Assembly (NCBI GenBank): GCA_016186795.1
Contig: JACPKY010000001.1
Coordinates: 1,357 to 65,356, forward strand
DNA length: 64,000 bases
Origin: Candidatus Gottesmanbacteria bacterium
GTDB taxonomy: Bacteria > Patescibacteriota > Microgenomatia > 2-02-FULL-39-11
Direction of reading: 5' to 3'
Shown here: piece after piece, positions 55,748 through 64,000 of the stretch
Layout: each line of letters starts with the position of its first letter
Numbering within the stretch: the stretch's first letter is position 1
Position numbers and translations under genes: made by a program
The notes under the pieces: generated by a model
The model's database searches: none
Told to the model about the DNA's origin: nothing
The model's input: the letters and a program-made list of their open reading frames with translations, nothing else

Positions 55748-58322
55748 TATGCCAGCAATTGAACGAGCACCATCTATCGAGCATCAATATAGTCCAGAAC
55801 TACAAATAGTGAGAATTCTCCCTTTGCAGATGGCTCATCCGGATGAAATTCGTGCGCAGTTACAATCTCAGCTTGACGGAGGTGATTTCAAACCATGGGA
55901 AACGGAAATGACATCTCTCTATATGACATTACGAGGCCCCGAAACCAAAACACCAAATACTGTCATGATGATCGGAGGAGAAATTCCAGAAAGTGATCCC
56001 CAAACCAAGAAGAAGGTAGGTCTTCATGAAGGAGCTCTACGAGTCCTTGCACGGTCTGCGCATGCGTATGGTGTGACAAACACTGACTTACGAATTATCC
56101 GTGAGAGAAAACCTTTTAGTTGGAATTCACCACGCGGGAGGATTTTTGCAAAAGAATTCGTTTTATCAACAGAAGTCCCACCTGATTTCGAACCGCTGGC
56201 TCTTGATCCGAAGACTCGGTATCATGCATTTCAGAAATTCACTCTTGGATCATTCAAGCGGCTACTGGCGAAAGAGTACATAAAAGTGAATGGGGAAAAT
56301 TATCGTCTTGCAGGAAACTTACGGGGAGATAAAAGAAACCGCCGGCAAGACCACCGCTTATCTGCAGATGGAGAAGATGTTGTAAAAACAAGAACCTCTC
56401 TTTTTGAGACATTGGAGAAATTCGAAATGGAAACACGACGTGAGGTTGCCTTGGCTCTTATCGATCAAGTGGTGCCAGATAAACGAATTTACTCTAACTA
56501 TTTTACTCCCTCGTGGAAAGAGAGGTGGAGAATGTCTTTTAGAAAATATACATTCGGATCAGACCGATCAAGAGCTGCATTTAGAGATCATTACAGAGAA
56601 TTTCTTATAGACTATGCTCAGAAAATTCTCCCCATTCGTTCTCCAGATGGCACTCCTCGCGATCTTTCTTCAAATTACGTTATCCGTGATCTCTGGAGAG
56701 CTGCTGAGGCAGTCTATCTTGGGAAACTCACTCGCTTCAATAGTCGACTTCCTATCCAAGGACCCCGAAGGGATGCAATAGAACCCAAACTTTTAGGAGC
56801 AAATAGCGATCAATATTATGAAGAATTATATTCCCACGGAAGTGAACGGTTTGGTCGTTACCTCAGGTTTCTTCAACAAGCACTCGAAACAGAAACCGCA
56901 TTGGCTACGTTTAAGAAACTTCTTGATGTTAGAAGACTCAAAACAGACCGAAGGTCTATCTCTAATGAGAAATTAAATGATAAAACGCAAACTGATCTTC
57001 TTAATTACGAACAGATTGTACGAACAGTCTATGAGGAATTTATGCAAAGCTTCCTCCCGAGCGATACATATGTTGCCTATGTAAGGGGTTATCCTGATGA
57101 AGACACTCGGTTAGGTCTATGGCGACGCATTTATGCGTCATACTCGCAAATGAATGATACGTTTATCAATTTTCTTACCACGAGTCCCGCAAGAAGACTT
57201 GCTTCTCACCCAGCTGTGACTGTTGGCCTTGATACCGCCATGTCAGTACAAAGCGACCAGCTCATTGAACATATCCTTGGTACATTTGGCATAAATCCAT
57301 ATAAAGTAGGAAACACTCTCCTTGATCGTGCAACTGCTCTGGAATATCGAAGGAAAATGATTGGAATAATGGAAGATATGGAAGATGTTAAACCTCACCA
57401 TGAAGAGCAAATTGCCCAAGATACGTACTTTCTTCGCGATGTCCTCATTCATCTTGCGAAACCGGGAACAACAATACAAAGATATTTACTTGTCTACGAT
57501 GAGAAAAAGGGAGTTGCGAAGCTTCTTGACCTGAAGACTCCATGGAAGGAAATTTCCGCTGAGATTATAAGACCAGTTGATGTTATCACCTGTCACATCG
57601 ATGGAATAGACGTTCAAGTTGCATATTATTTCGGTTCCAAACGGTATGAAGAATTAAAGAGAAAATCAATTGAACGAGATACTCCAGCAAGAAAAATACT
57701 CGATATCACCCGATTTGCTATTTTTATTGGAGATTTTGATACGTTCGGAAAATGGGTAGACGGTACTGAAAAAGATATCCGGAAACGTCTCGTTTACCAA
57801 CTTGAGGAACGTCTCCAAGAAATTGCACAAGATCCAAAGCTTTGTGGATACAAGTATACAGAAGATGTCGGAGAAGATAAAAAAAGAAAAGATGTCCTTG
57901 ACGGAGATACAGCAACCGCGGGAAGCGGTGCATCAAAAACCGGACTTCCCGCAATAAAGAAGTACATAACGCTGAAAATCACATCTCCCCTTCGGGATGA
58001 AGTGCAAACTCAAGAACTGCGGCTTATGCCAAGTGCACTCGCAGCAGTTGAATGGAACCTCGATACTGAATCATATGCCTCAGAACGACTACGGACAACA
58101 AAATTTCAAACTGCAAGAGAGGGCGAAAAAGTGCTTTACCAATATATGACATACCCTGTGACACGCATCCTCTGGCCACCACAGATTGAAGAGTTTCGAC
58201 TCCGATATATAAATCTCATGGAGGGGCCAAAGCCTCCTGCAACTCTTACCCGATGGAGACTTGCGGCTCTTCAATTTACAGAATGGTTAGAATCTCACAT
58301 TGTTCCGCCAACTGAAGAGTAG
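55748..58322 (+). CDS. Large hypothetical protein (start moved to the ATG at 55748; the ORF-track GTG start at 55710 reads through the terminator hairpin)
   Basis: About 858-aa ORF with no recognisable motif. Confidence 0.5.
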
Positions 58323-58327
58323 TACCT

Positions 58328-59095
58328 CTATTTCCCCAACTGTTGACACTTAATGACATCAAGACCGTTTATAATACCATTTCCATCAACATCATACTGG
58401 GAAACTGATGGCCATGTTGCAGAATTTTGACTACTTGCCCCGACATTCTCCTGCACTTTTTGGCAAAATGGACTTAATCCGCCAGTTGAAGTGGGAGAAG
58501 TTGCCACTGTTGGACCAATAGTAACTGAAGGAATCGTTATTGCTTTCGTAATCGTTGGAACGGTTGTCGGAATTGCAGTTGGTATTGCAGTCGGCAATGA
58601 ATCAATCTTCAAGGGTTTCGCAACACTTGTTGTAAAGGTCCAGGCAATACAGTTCTTTGTACAAATTCCTCCGCTTGAATCACAACGGATTTCACTTGTT
58701 CCGCCTGAACTACTCTTCCCGAATACAAGTTGATAATAATAGACAGTATTTGGCGTAAGAAGTGTCAAAGGTACATTATGTTCCTTTCCGGCAGATCCTT
58801 CAAGGGTAGAAAAGGTTAAATTTGCCTCATCGACCCCATATTCTACCCTTCCTTGGGAGTTTTCATCACTTGCCCATGAAATAACTGTACTATTTGGTCC
58901 AACTTGGACTGCTTGCACATTTTTTGCAGGACACGTTGATGCTCTGGCAAACATACCTGCAGCCATTTTGCCACCAAAGACTGTCGCAACTATAACAACA
59001 GCCAAAATACCAAGAAGTATGGCAAGTCTGCTATATTTTTTGAACTTTTCGAAACTGACATTTCCAATATGCAATGAAGGAAGCGGTAATTTCAT
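58328..59095 (-). CDS. Membrane-anchored FN3-domain protein with C-terminal dockerin-like Ca-binding segment
   Basis: N-terminal TM helix, FN3-like pattern (VQVGPNSTVISWASD...VEYG...LTPNTVYYYQLV), PT-linker, and C-terminal YDVDGNGIINGLDVIKC resembling a dockerin DxDxNGxINxxD loop. Confidence 0.5.
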   Translation of the reverse strand: MKLPLPSLHIGNVSFEKFKKYSRLAILLGILAVVIVATVFGGKMAAGMFARASTCPAKNVQAVQVGPNSTVISWASDENSQGRVEYGVDEANLTFSTLEGSAGKEHNVPLTLLTPNTVYYYQLVFGKSSSGGTSEIRCDSSGGICTKNCIAWTFTTSVAKPLKIDSLPTAIPTAIPTTVPTITKAITIPSVTIGPTVATSPTSTGGLSPFCQKVQENVGASSQNSATWPSVSQYDVDGNGIINGLDVIKCQQLGK

Positions 59096-59901
59096 AGAAG
59101 TAATAGAACTCCAACAACTGTTAATACAATTCCAATTCCCATGGCAGCAAATGTTGTTTCAACGGTCCCAGTTCTTGGAAGTTCAGAAAGTGTAGGAGTC
59201 GGTGTTTTTGTCGGTGTTGGGGTTCTGGTCGGTGTAGCAGTTGGAGTAATTGTCGGTGTGACTTGGCCTCCTCCAGGGGGTGTCGGGGTGGGACTCGTAG
59301 ATCCATCTCCACTTCCTACAGTCAAAGTGAGTGGTGAAAGCGGACACTGGATAATATCAGACGAATCCGAAGACCTATTAATATTGGAATCAGCGGTCGA
59401 ACCGGAAGTACAATCAAATGAAAGTTGTGTTGTACCTGCAGAAAGAGCAGTCAAAGAAATGGTTGCAAAAAGAGTATCAGTACTTGTGGATTTTGGACTT
59501 GAAATATCTTTTACATAACCACTCACAAGATATTTGTTGGTTGTACCTTCAACAATTTTCTGTAAATATGATGGGTAAAAACTTCCTGCGACAAATTGCG
59601 TTGTATTAACACTTAATTTGTTTGGATCAAAGAGTATCATCGCATCTGCATTGGTTGTTGATTGTCCTCCCGTATTAATGAGAATATTTACTTTCACCAC
59701 TCCCCCTGCTTCAAGTGTTTGAGATGGAACAAGTTCGAATTTCAGAACTTGCGCAGAAACTGCATTTATCCTTCCCGCAAGAAGGAAAAGGGTGCTTCCT
59801 ATAATAAATACTAGAAACAGTTTCGCCAAGTTCATATTATTGGATACTGACTTTTGCATTTTCGATCGCATCAACGATGTTTTTGGCTGTACCTTTCTCA
59901 A
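59092..59901 (-). CDS. Sortase-anchored scaffoldin-like protein: cohesin-like domain + PT-linker + LPRTG sorting signal
   Basis: Signal peptide. The cohesin-like pattern is GGVVKVNILINTGGQSTTNADAMILFDPNKLSV; then TPTPTPPGG...TPTPTKTPTPT, LPRTG and a hydrophobic tail. Confidence 0.5.
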   Translation of the reverse strand: MRKVQPKTSLMRSKMQKSVSNNMNLAKLFLVFIIGSTLFLLAGRINAVSAQVLKFELVPSQTLEAGGVVKVNILINTGGQSTTNADAMILFDPNKLSVNTTQFVAGSFYPSYLQKIVEGTTNKYLVSGYVKDISSPKSTSTDTLFATISLTALSAGTTQLSFDCTSGSTADSNINRSSDSSDIIQCPLSPLTLTVGSGDGSTSPTPTPPGGGQVTPTITPTATPTRTPTPTKTPTPTLSELPRTGTVETTFAAMGIGIVLTVVGVLLLL

Positions 59902-60436
59902 CTAACGTTGTATGGCTTGTCGAGTTTACGACAAAATCGAATGAAATTTCGGTATTCCCTGCTTTTATCGAACGAAATTGAATTGATGCCAGTGTCACAG
60001 GAGTAGTTACGGCAACAGTCTCTTTTGTCTGAAACCCAGTAATTTTGATAATTCCCTTTTCGTTGTCAATGATTTTCCGTGGATACGTAATAAAAAAATC
60101 ACTGGTCGTAATTGGAGATTCTGCGTTAAGGATTGATTCATCAAACTGAATGATTGCATCAGTCCCTGATAGAGTAAATCCTGGTGCATCAAAAATAATG
60201 GTAGCGGTAACGGTTTCTCCAACATACGTCTCTGATTTATCCAAGACGATCTTATACGTTCCTCGGGGAGGAATTGAGGGAACTATACCTTGTGAAGATG
60301 AACCGTTTCCGTTCGTAAGACGCAGATTCAACTCATTTTGTTTTTGCATGCGAAGCACAAGTGTCCCTATAAGTAAAACAACCAATACCACGAATACAAC
60401 AAGAATTTTTTTATACTCTGCCGCACCTCTATTCAT
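59837..60436 (-). CDS. Membrane-anchored protein with cohesin-like domain
   Basis: N-terminal TM helix. Pattern GETVTATIIFDAPGFTLSGTDAIIQFDESILNAES. Confidence 0.45.
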   Translation of the reverse strand: MNRGAAEYKKILVVFVVLVVLLIGTLVLRMQKQNELNLRLTNGNGSSSQGIVPSIPPRGTYKIVLDKSETYVGETVTATIIFDAPGFTLSGTDAIIQFDESILNAESPITTSDFFITYPRKIIDNEKGIIKITGFQTKETVAVTTPVTLASIQFRSIKAGNTEISFDFVVNSTSHTTLVEKGTAKNIVDAIENAKVSIQ

Positions 60437-60488
60437 AATTTTTTTATAATTTTTATAATGGTTATAATTTTTATAAAGTTATACGTTC

Positions 60489-61952
60489 TTATTCATCATC
60501 CGGTTTTGTTGCCAACGTATTGACAACAATGGCAATATCCTGACCACTAATTATTCCGTCATAGTTGACATCGGCAATATCAAGACTTCCCTCATCGGTT
60601 TTGGCATGGTTGGCTTCAATAAGAGACAGATCAACAACGTTTACTGTACAATCCTGTTTCCCGCCAGTATTGGGATCTGGAAGATCACCTGCTTCAAGCG
60701 CACCTTCATCACCTGACCAATCAAAGTCTTGGCTTGATGCTTGACCATCCTGCAAAACGATATACTGTGTCTCTTTCGTTGATCTTGTCTTTGGACCTTT
60801 AAGATAAAACGTATAATGATTTCCGCTTGTGATTCCATCAAGACTCACCCATCCATCATCGGTAACATGCGCAATGACAAATCCAGAGGGGGGTTCGGGA
60901 TCTATTGCGGAAACAGGCCAGTAGATGCCATTTTCATCGGCGCTCATAGGAATATAGAAATCCTTTCCTGCATTTCCTGCACTTTCACAACTATATGTTG
61001 CCCCAGAAAGTAACGATTCCTCATTTATTACGCGGAGTTTAAGGTAAAGGTCGGGATAATCACTAATATTTGCCAGTCTCGCCCTAAATCGGATAGATGG
61101 ATTATCTCCTCCGCCGTCTCCAGAACCAATATTTATAGTAAGTGGTGTCTTTTGTCCGACATCATAATTATAGTGTTCATTTCCAGAAGGAGGAGTTGGA
61201 GTAAGAGTTGCAACAGGTGTTGGAGTTCGTGTTGGGACAATCGATGGTGAAGGGGTTGGTGTACGAGTCGGAGTCGGTGAGCCGCTTGGCAAAAGTGAAG
61301 GCGTTGGAGTACGAGTGGGGGTCCCACTCCCTGCTGCCGGAACTGATGGGGTCGGAGTTTTCGTAGGTGTCGGAGTACCCGTTGATGTCGTAGTGGATAT
61401 TGTATAGGAAGCACTTTGTCCTGAGGTTGACACATCTGGAGCTTGACCGGGAATTCCTGCTTCTGTCACACGGGTACTCGTAAAGGAAACGGTAGCTGTA
61501 CCGAGTTGAATGCCTGATTTTACCATGTAGGAAATAGATGCAAACTCAATATCTGTTGAAAGTGATACGGGCGAAGTTCCCGCACTGATTGCACAGAGAA
61601 GCGTTACACTTGTTGCGCTTTGCGTTACAAATGGAGTTCCATTAAACGGACTAAGACATGAAGCAGACGAAACGGTTAATTGCTGTGGAATAGTCAAAAC
61701 TGCCTCGGCTCCACTGATATTTATCCCACGGGTTGCTGTTTTATGGAGTTTAATTTTTGCTTGGAATGATTGACTTGGGGTGTAACTTCCAGTTGAAGGA
61801 TTAAGCGTCAAATTCACTTCTCCACTGCCTGTTGCCTGTTTTCGGAGATCCTGCTGCTGACGGACAAGAATAAGTCCAATAAGAAGTCCCATGGCCAGTA
61901 ATGCAACAATTATAATTTGTTTTAAGTTTTTATCTTTTTTTATATTTTTCAT
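60489..61952 (-). CDS. Surface protein: N-terminal cohesin-like domain, PT-linker, beta-rich domain, C-terminal dockerin-like segment(s)
   Basis: N-terminal TM/signal sequence. Cohesin-like pattern GEVNLTLNPSTGSYT...AKIKLHKTATRGINISGAEAVLTIPQQLTV. C-terminal ...DIADVNYDGIISGQDIAIVVNTL. Confidence 0.5.
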   Translation of the reverse strand: MKNIKKDKNLKQIIIVALLAMGLLIGLILVRQQQDLRKQATGSGEVNLTLNPSTGSYTPSQSFQAKIKLHKTATRGINISGAEAVLTIPQQLTVSSASCLSPFNGTPFVTQSATSVTLLCAISAGTSPVSLSTDIEFASISYMVKSGIQLGTATVSFTSTRVTEAGIPGQAPDVSTSGQSASYTISTTTSTGTPTPTKTPTPSVPAAGSGTPTRTPTPSLLPSGSPTPTRTPTPSPSIVPTRTPTPVATLTPTPPSGNEHYNYDVGQKTPLTINIGSGDGGGDNPSIRFRARLANISDYPDLYLKLRVINEESLLSGATYSCESAGNAGKDFYIPMSADENGIYWPVSAIDPEPPSGFVIAHVTDDGWVSLDGITSGNHYTFYLKGPKTRSTKETQYIVLQDGQASSQDFDWSGDEGALEAGDLPDPNTGGKQDCTVNVVDLSLIEANHAKTDEGSLDIADVNYDGIISGQDIAIVVNTLATKPDDE

Positions 61953-62001
61953 CCTACTATATTAGCTTAGGCAATCTACTATCAGTTATCAAGGACCCAA
62001 C

Positions 62002-64000
62002 TTACTGCGAACAACTGCCAAAATTCTGCCTGAGTATTTCATAATCTGCGGTATTAATCATGTTGCTACCATCAACTACCAAATCGGGAGTATGCTGTCC
62101 TTGAGGAATACTAAGCTGACTGACTGGTTTGCCATAATTTTGTCTGAATAATTCCGCATCACTCGTTCTTATACATCCATCGCTTCCGCAATCGAGATTC
62201 CCCAATGATCCCCGTGGACAAGAAATAGCTGTTGGAGATGGTGTCGGTGTACGGGTTGACGAAGGTACAATACTTCCGGTTGGTACTGGAGTTGGACTCT
62301 TGGTTGGAGAAGGTGAAGAAGTCGGTGTCGGAGTTCTCGTTGGCGTTGGAGTAGGCGTTCTTGACGGTGTCGGAGTTCTTGAAGGTGTAACTGTTGGAGT
62401 AGGTGTTCTGGTGAGAGTAGGAGTTGGAGTTTTGGTCGGTGTCAAAGTCAGTGAAGGAGTAACACTGGCTGTAGGAGTTGGCCATAGACAGAAAATCTGC
62501 CGGGGATTTGCCCATGGCAGGGACACTTGGGTACCGGTCGGAATATCTTTCGCTTTCACCGTGATTGTATGAATTTTGGCATTTTTCAAAACATCGGGTG
62601 TATCAAATGAAAATCCATGGGTTGCAACTCCCCCGCAGGCATTTCCTACACCTATTTCTCGTCCTTTATCAGCTACTGTTGTTCCCAGAAACTGGTCACT
62701 TTCGTAGAAGTTTATATTGAGAGTTTGCTGATAATTATCCCCGTCACACGCCCAGCCGACAAATTTCTCACAGGTAGCAGAATCAAACGTTCCGATCGGT
62801 ACTGCCAGTGTTGGAGTTAGCGTTGGTGTATGTGTTGGTGTTGCAGTTGGATATGCTTTCCAGACTATAAATTTTTCCAACCCCACCCGTTTTCCTACCC
62901 CATCTGGATTGGATGGACTGACGACTCCTTTACTAATAACTTTAATCCTATGGGCAAAGGTTGTATCGGAAATTGGAAATTCAAATGATTCAAATCCCTC
63001 TACACCATAAAGATCAACACGACGTCTCACAATGAGCGTCTTTTGAGGATCTTGCTTTCGGATTGCAATAACTGCAATACCCGCACGGGGACCCTTGCGC
63101 AGAGTCACGCTTACCCTGTTTCCTTTAAATTTCAGTGCAACTACTCCTCTTTTATCATTTGTAAATCGGTATGTAGTATCGCCACTTCCTGCATCTTCCC
63201 ATACTCCGCGTAAATACTTTACTCGTTTACTATTTTCCTGATAGATTTTGCCAGTTGGATCTGCATCATCGTACGCTTCAGATCCATCCATTGCATCAAA
63301 GGCAGCCTCATCGGTAAGAGTATCAAATGCTTCATCAGGCTCCTCTGGTTCATCGGTCGGAGTAGGAGTTGCCGTCGGAGGACGAGGGGTAGGTGTACGA
63401 GTCGGAGTTGGTGGAAGTGGAGTCGGTGTTCTGGTGGGGATGGGAGTAGGTGTCCGAGTAGGGGTTGGCGGACGCGGGGTTGGAGTACGAGTTGGAGTTG
63501 GAGTACGCGTTACTGTCGGAGTTGGTGTGAATGTAGGATTTGGTTTCCAGACAGTAAATTTGTCGATCCCTACCCGTTTCCCTCCACCTGGATTATTCGG
63601 ACTCACCACACCTTTGGCAATAATTTTGATTCTATGGGCACTACTTAGATCCGAAATTGGAAATTCAAATGATTCAAATGCTCCCAGCTCTTGATATAAA
63701 TCTACTCGTTGCCGGTAGATAAGAACTCCATCAGATACTCTCTTAATCACAATAACACCTATTCCAGCACGAGGTCCTTTCCGCAGGGTCACTCTTACTT
63801 TGTTTCCCTTAAATCGGAGAGCCGCTACGGCCTTCACATCGTTTGTGAATTTATATGTAACGTTGTCCTCCGAAGCACTTGTCCAGGTTCCACGCAAGTA
63901 CTTCACTCGAGGATTTGTTTCTTCGTACACTTTCCCAGTTGAATTTGCATCATCAAAGTTTTCTGCGCCGTCCATGCGGTTCAGTTCAGCATCATCATCA
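62002..64000 (-). CDS. Large surface protein (N-terminus beyond window): at least two tandem ~150-aa repeat domains separated by PT-linkers, a Cys-containing domain, and a two-segment C-terminal dockerin-like module
   Basis: Repeat units KYLRG.W......Y.FTND...V.AL.FKGN.V.VTLRKGPRAGI.VI.I....FESFEFPISD...AHRIK.I.KGVVSP.NP.G.GKRVG..KF.VWK; the nucleotide repeat has a ~660-bp period (62.88 kb and 63.54 kb). C-terminal NLDCGSDGCIRTSDAELFRQNYG ... DLVVDGSNMINTADYEILRQNFG. Confidence 0.55.
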   Translation of the reverse strand, partial: DDDAELNRMDGAENFDDANSTGKVYEETNPRVKYLRGTWTSASEDNVTYKFTNDVKAVAALRFKGNKVRVTLRKGPRAGIGVIVIKRVSDGVLIYRQRVDLYQELGAFESFEFPISDLSSAHRIKIIAKGVVSPNNPGGGKRVGIDKFTVWKPNPTFTPTPTVTRTPTPTRTPTPRPPTPTRTPTPIPTRTPTPLPPTPTRTPTPRPPTATPTPTDEPEEPDEAFDTLTDEAAFDAMDGSEAYDDADPTGKIYQENSKRVKYLRGVWEDAGSGDTTYRFTNDKRGVVALKFKGNRVSVTLRKGPRAGIAVIAIRKQDPQKTLIVRRRVDLYGVEGFESFEFPISDTTFAHRIKVISKGVVSPSNPDGVGKRVGLEKFIVWKAYPTATPTHTPTLTPTLAVPIGTFDSATCEKFVGWACDGDNYQQTLNINFYESDQFLGTTVADKGREIGVGNACGGVATHGFSFDTPDVLKNAKIHTITVKAKDIPTGTQVSLPWANPRQIFCLWPTPTASVTPSLTLTPTKTPTPTLTRTPTPTVTPSRTPTPSRTPTPTPTRTPTPTSSPSPTKSPTPVPTGSIVPSSTRTPTPSPTAISCPRGSLGNLDCGSDGCIRTSDAELFRQNYGKPVSQLSIPQGQHTPDLVVDGSNMINTADYEILRQNFGSCSQ

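Overview
This 64-kb window looks like a small-genome, low-GC bacterium with a Gram-positive-like, sortase-dependent surface proteome, consistent with a Candidate Phyla Radiation (Patescibacteria) lineage, though taxonomy cannot be proven from sequence alone. The backbone is ordinary housekeeping: tRNA-Cys and tRNA-Ile, a 16S rRNA gene, topA, dprA, the mreBCD-mrdA operon, def-fmt, rpmB, a MiaB-like radical-SAM enzyme, an M50 protease, a P-type ATPase, an RSH-like protein, a CcdA plus thioredoxin-like pair, PAP2, TrmH/SpoU and a CapA-like protein. Between these sit many secreted or anchored proteins with Pro/Thr-rich linkers and LPxTG-type sorting signals.

The most interesting points are:
1. 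Five adjacent genes at the 3' end of the window (58.3-64 kb) combine cohesin-like modules, dockerin-like Ca-loop modules, an FN3 module, Pro/Thr-rich linkers and an LPRTG anchor. This looks like a putative non-cellulosomal cohesin-dockerin surface-assembly system.
2. The 16S rRNA gene is interrupted near its 3' end by an ~850-nt intron-like insertion that encodes a LAGLIDADG homing endonuclease.
3. A short palindromic element with core CCGCCAGCTGGCGG occurs three times. Two copies are in-frame inside the TrmH-family methyltransferase gene and topA (adding KNHPPAG(G/S)S to both proteins). The third is intergenic.
4. A three-gene operon couples a class-V aminotransferase and a SerA-like dehydrogenase with a ParB/sulfiredoxin-fold protein. 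The third protein is a candidate SerK-like serine kinase or a non-canonical phosphoserine phosphatase.
5. A membrane-anchored ClpB-like AAA+ ATPase has lost the Walker-A lysine in its first nucleotide-binding domain.
6. Two large secreted proteins share a conserved C-terminal domain of unknown function.
7. Two small cassettes are bracketed by direct repeats. A terminator/antiterminator-like leader sits upstream of an 870-aa hypothetical gene.
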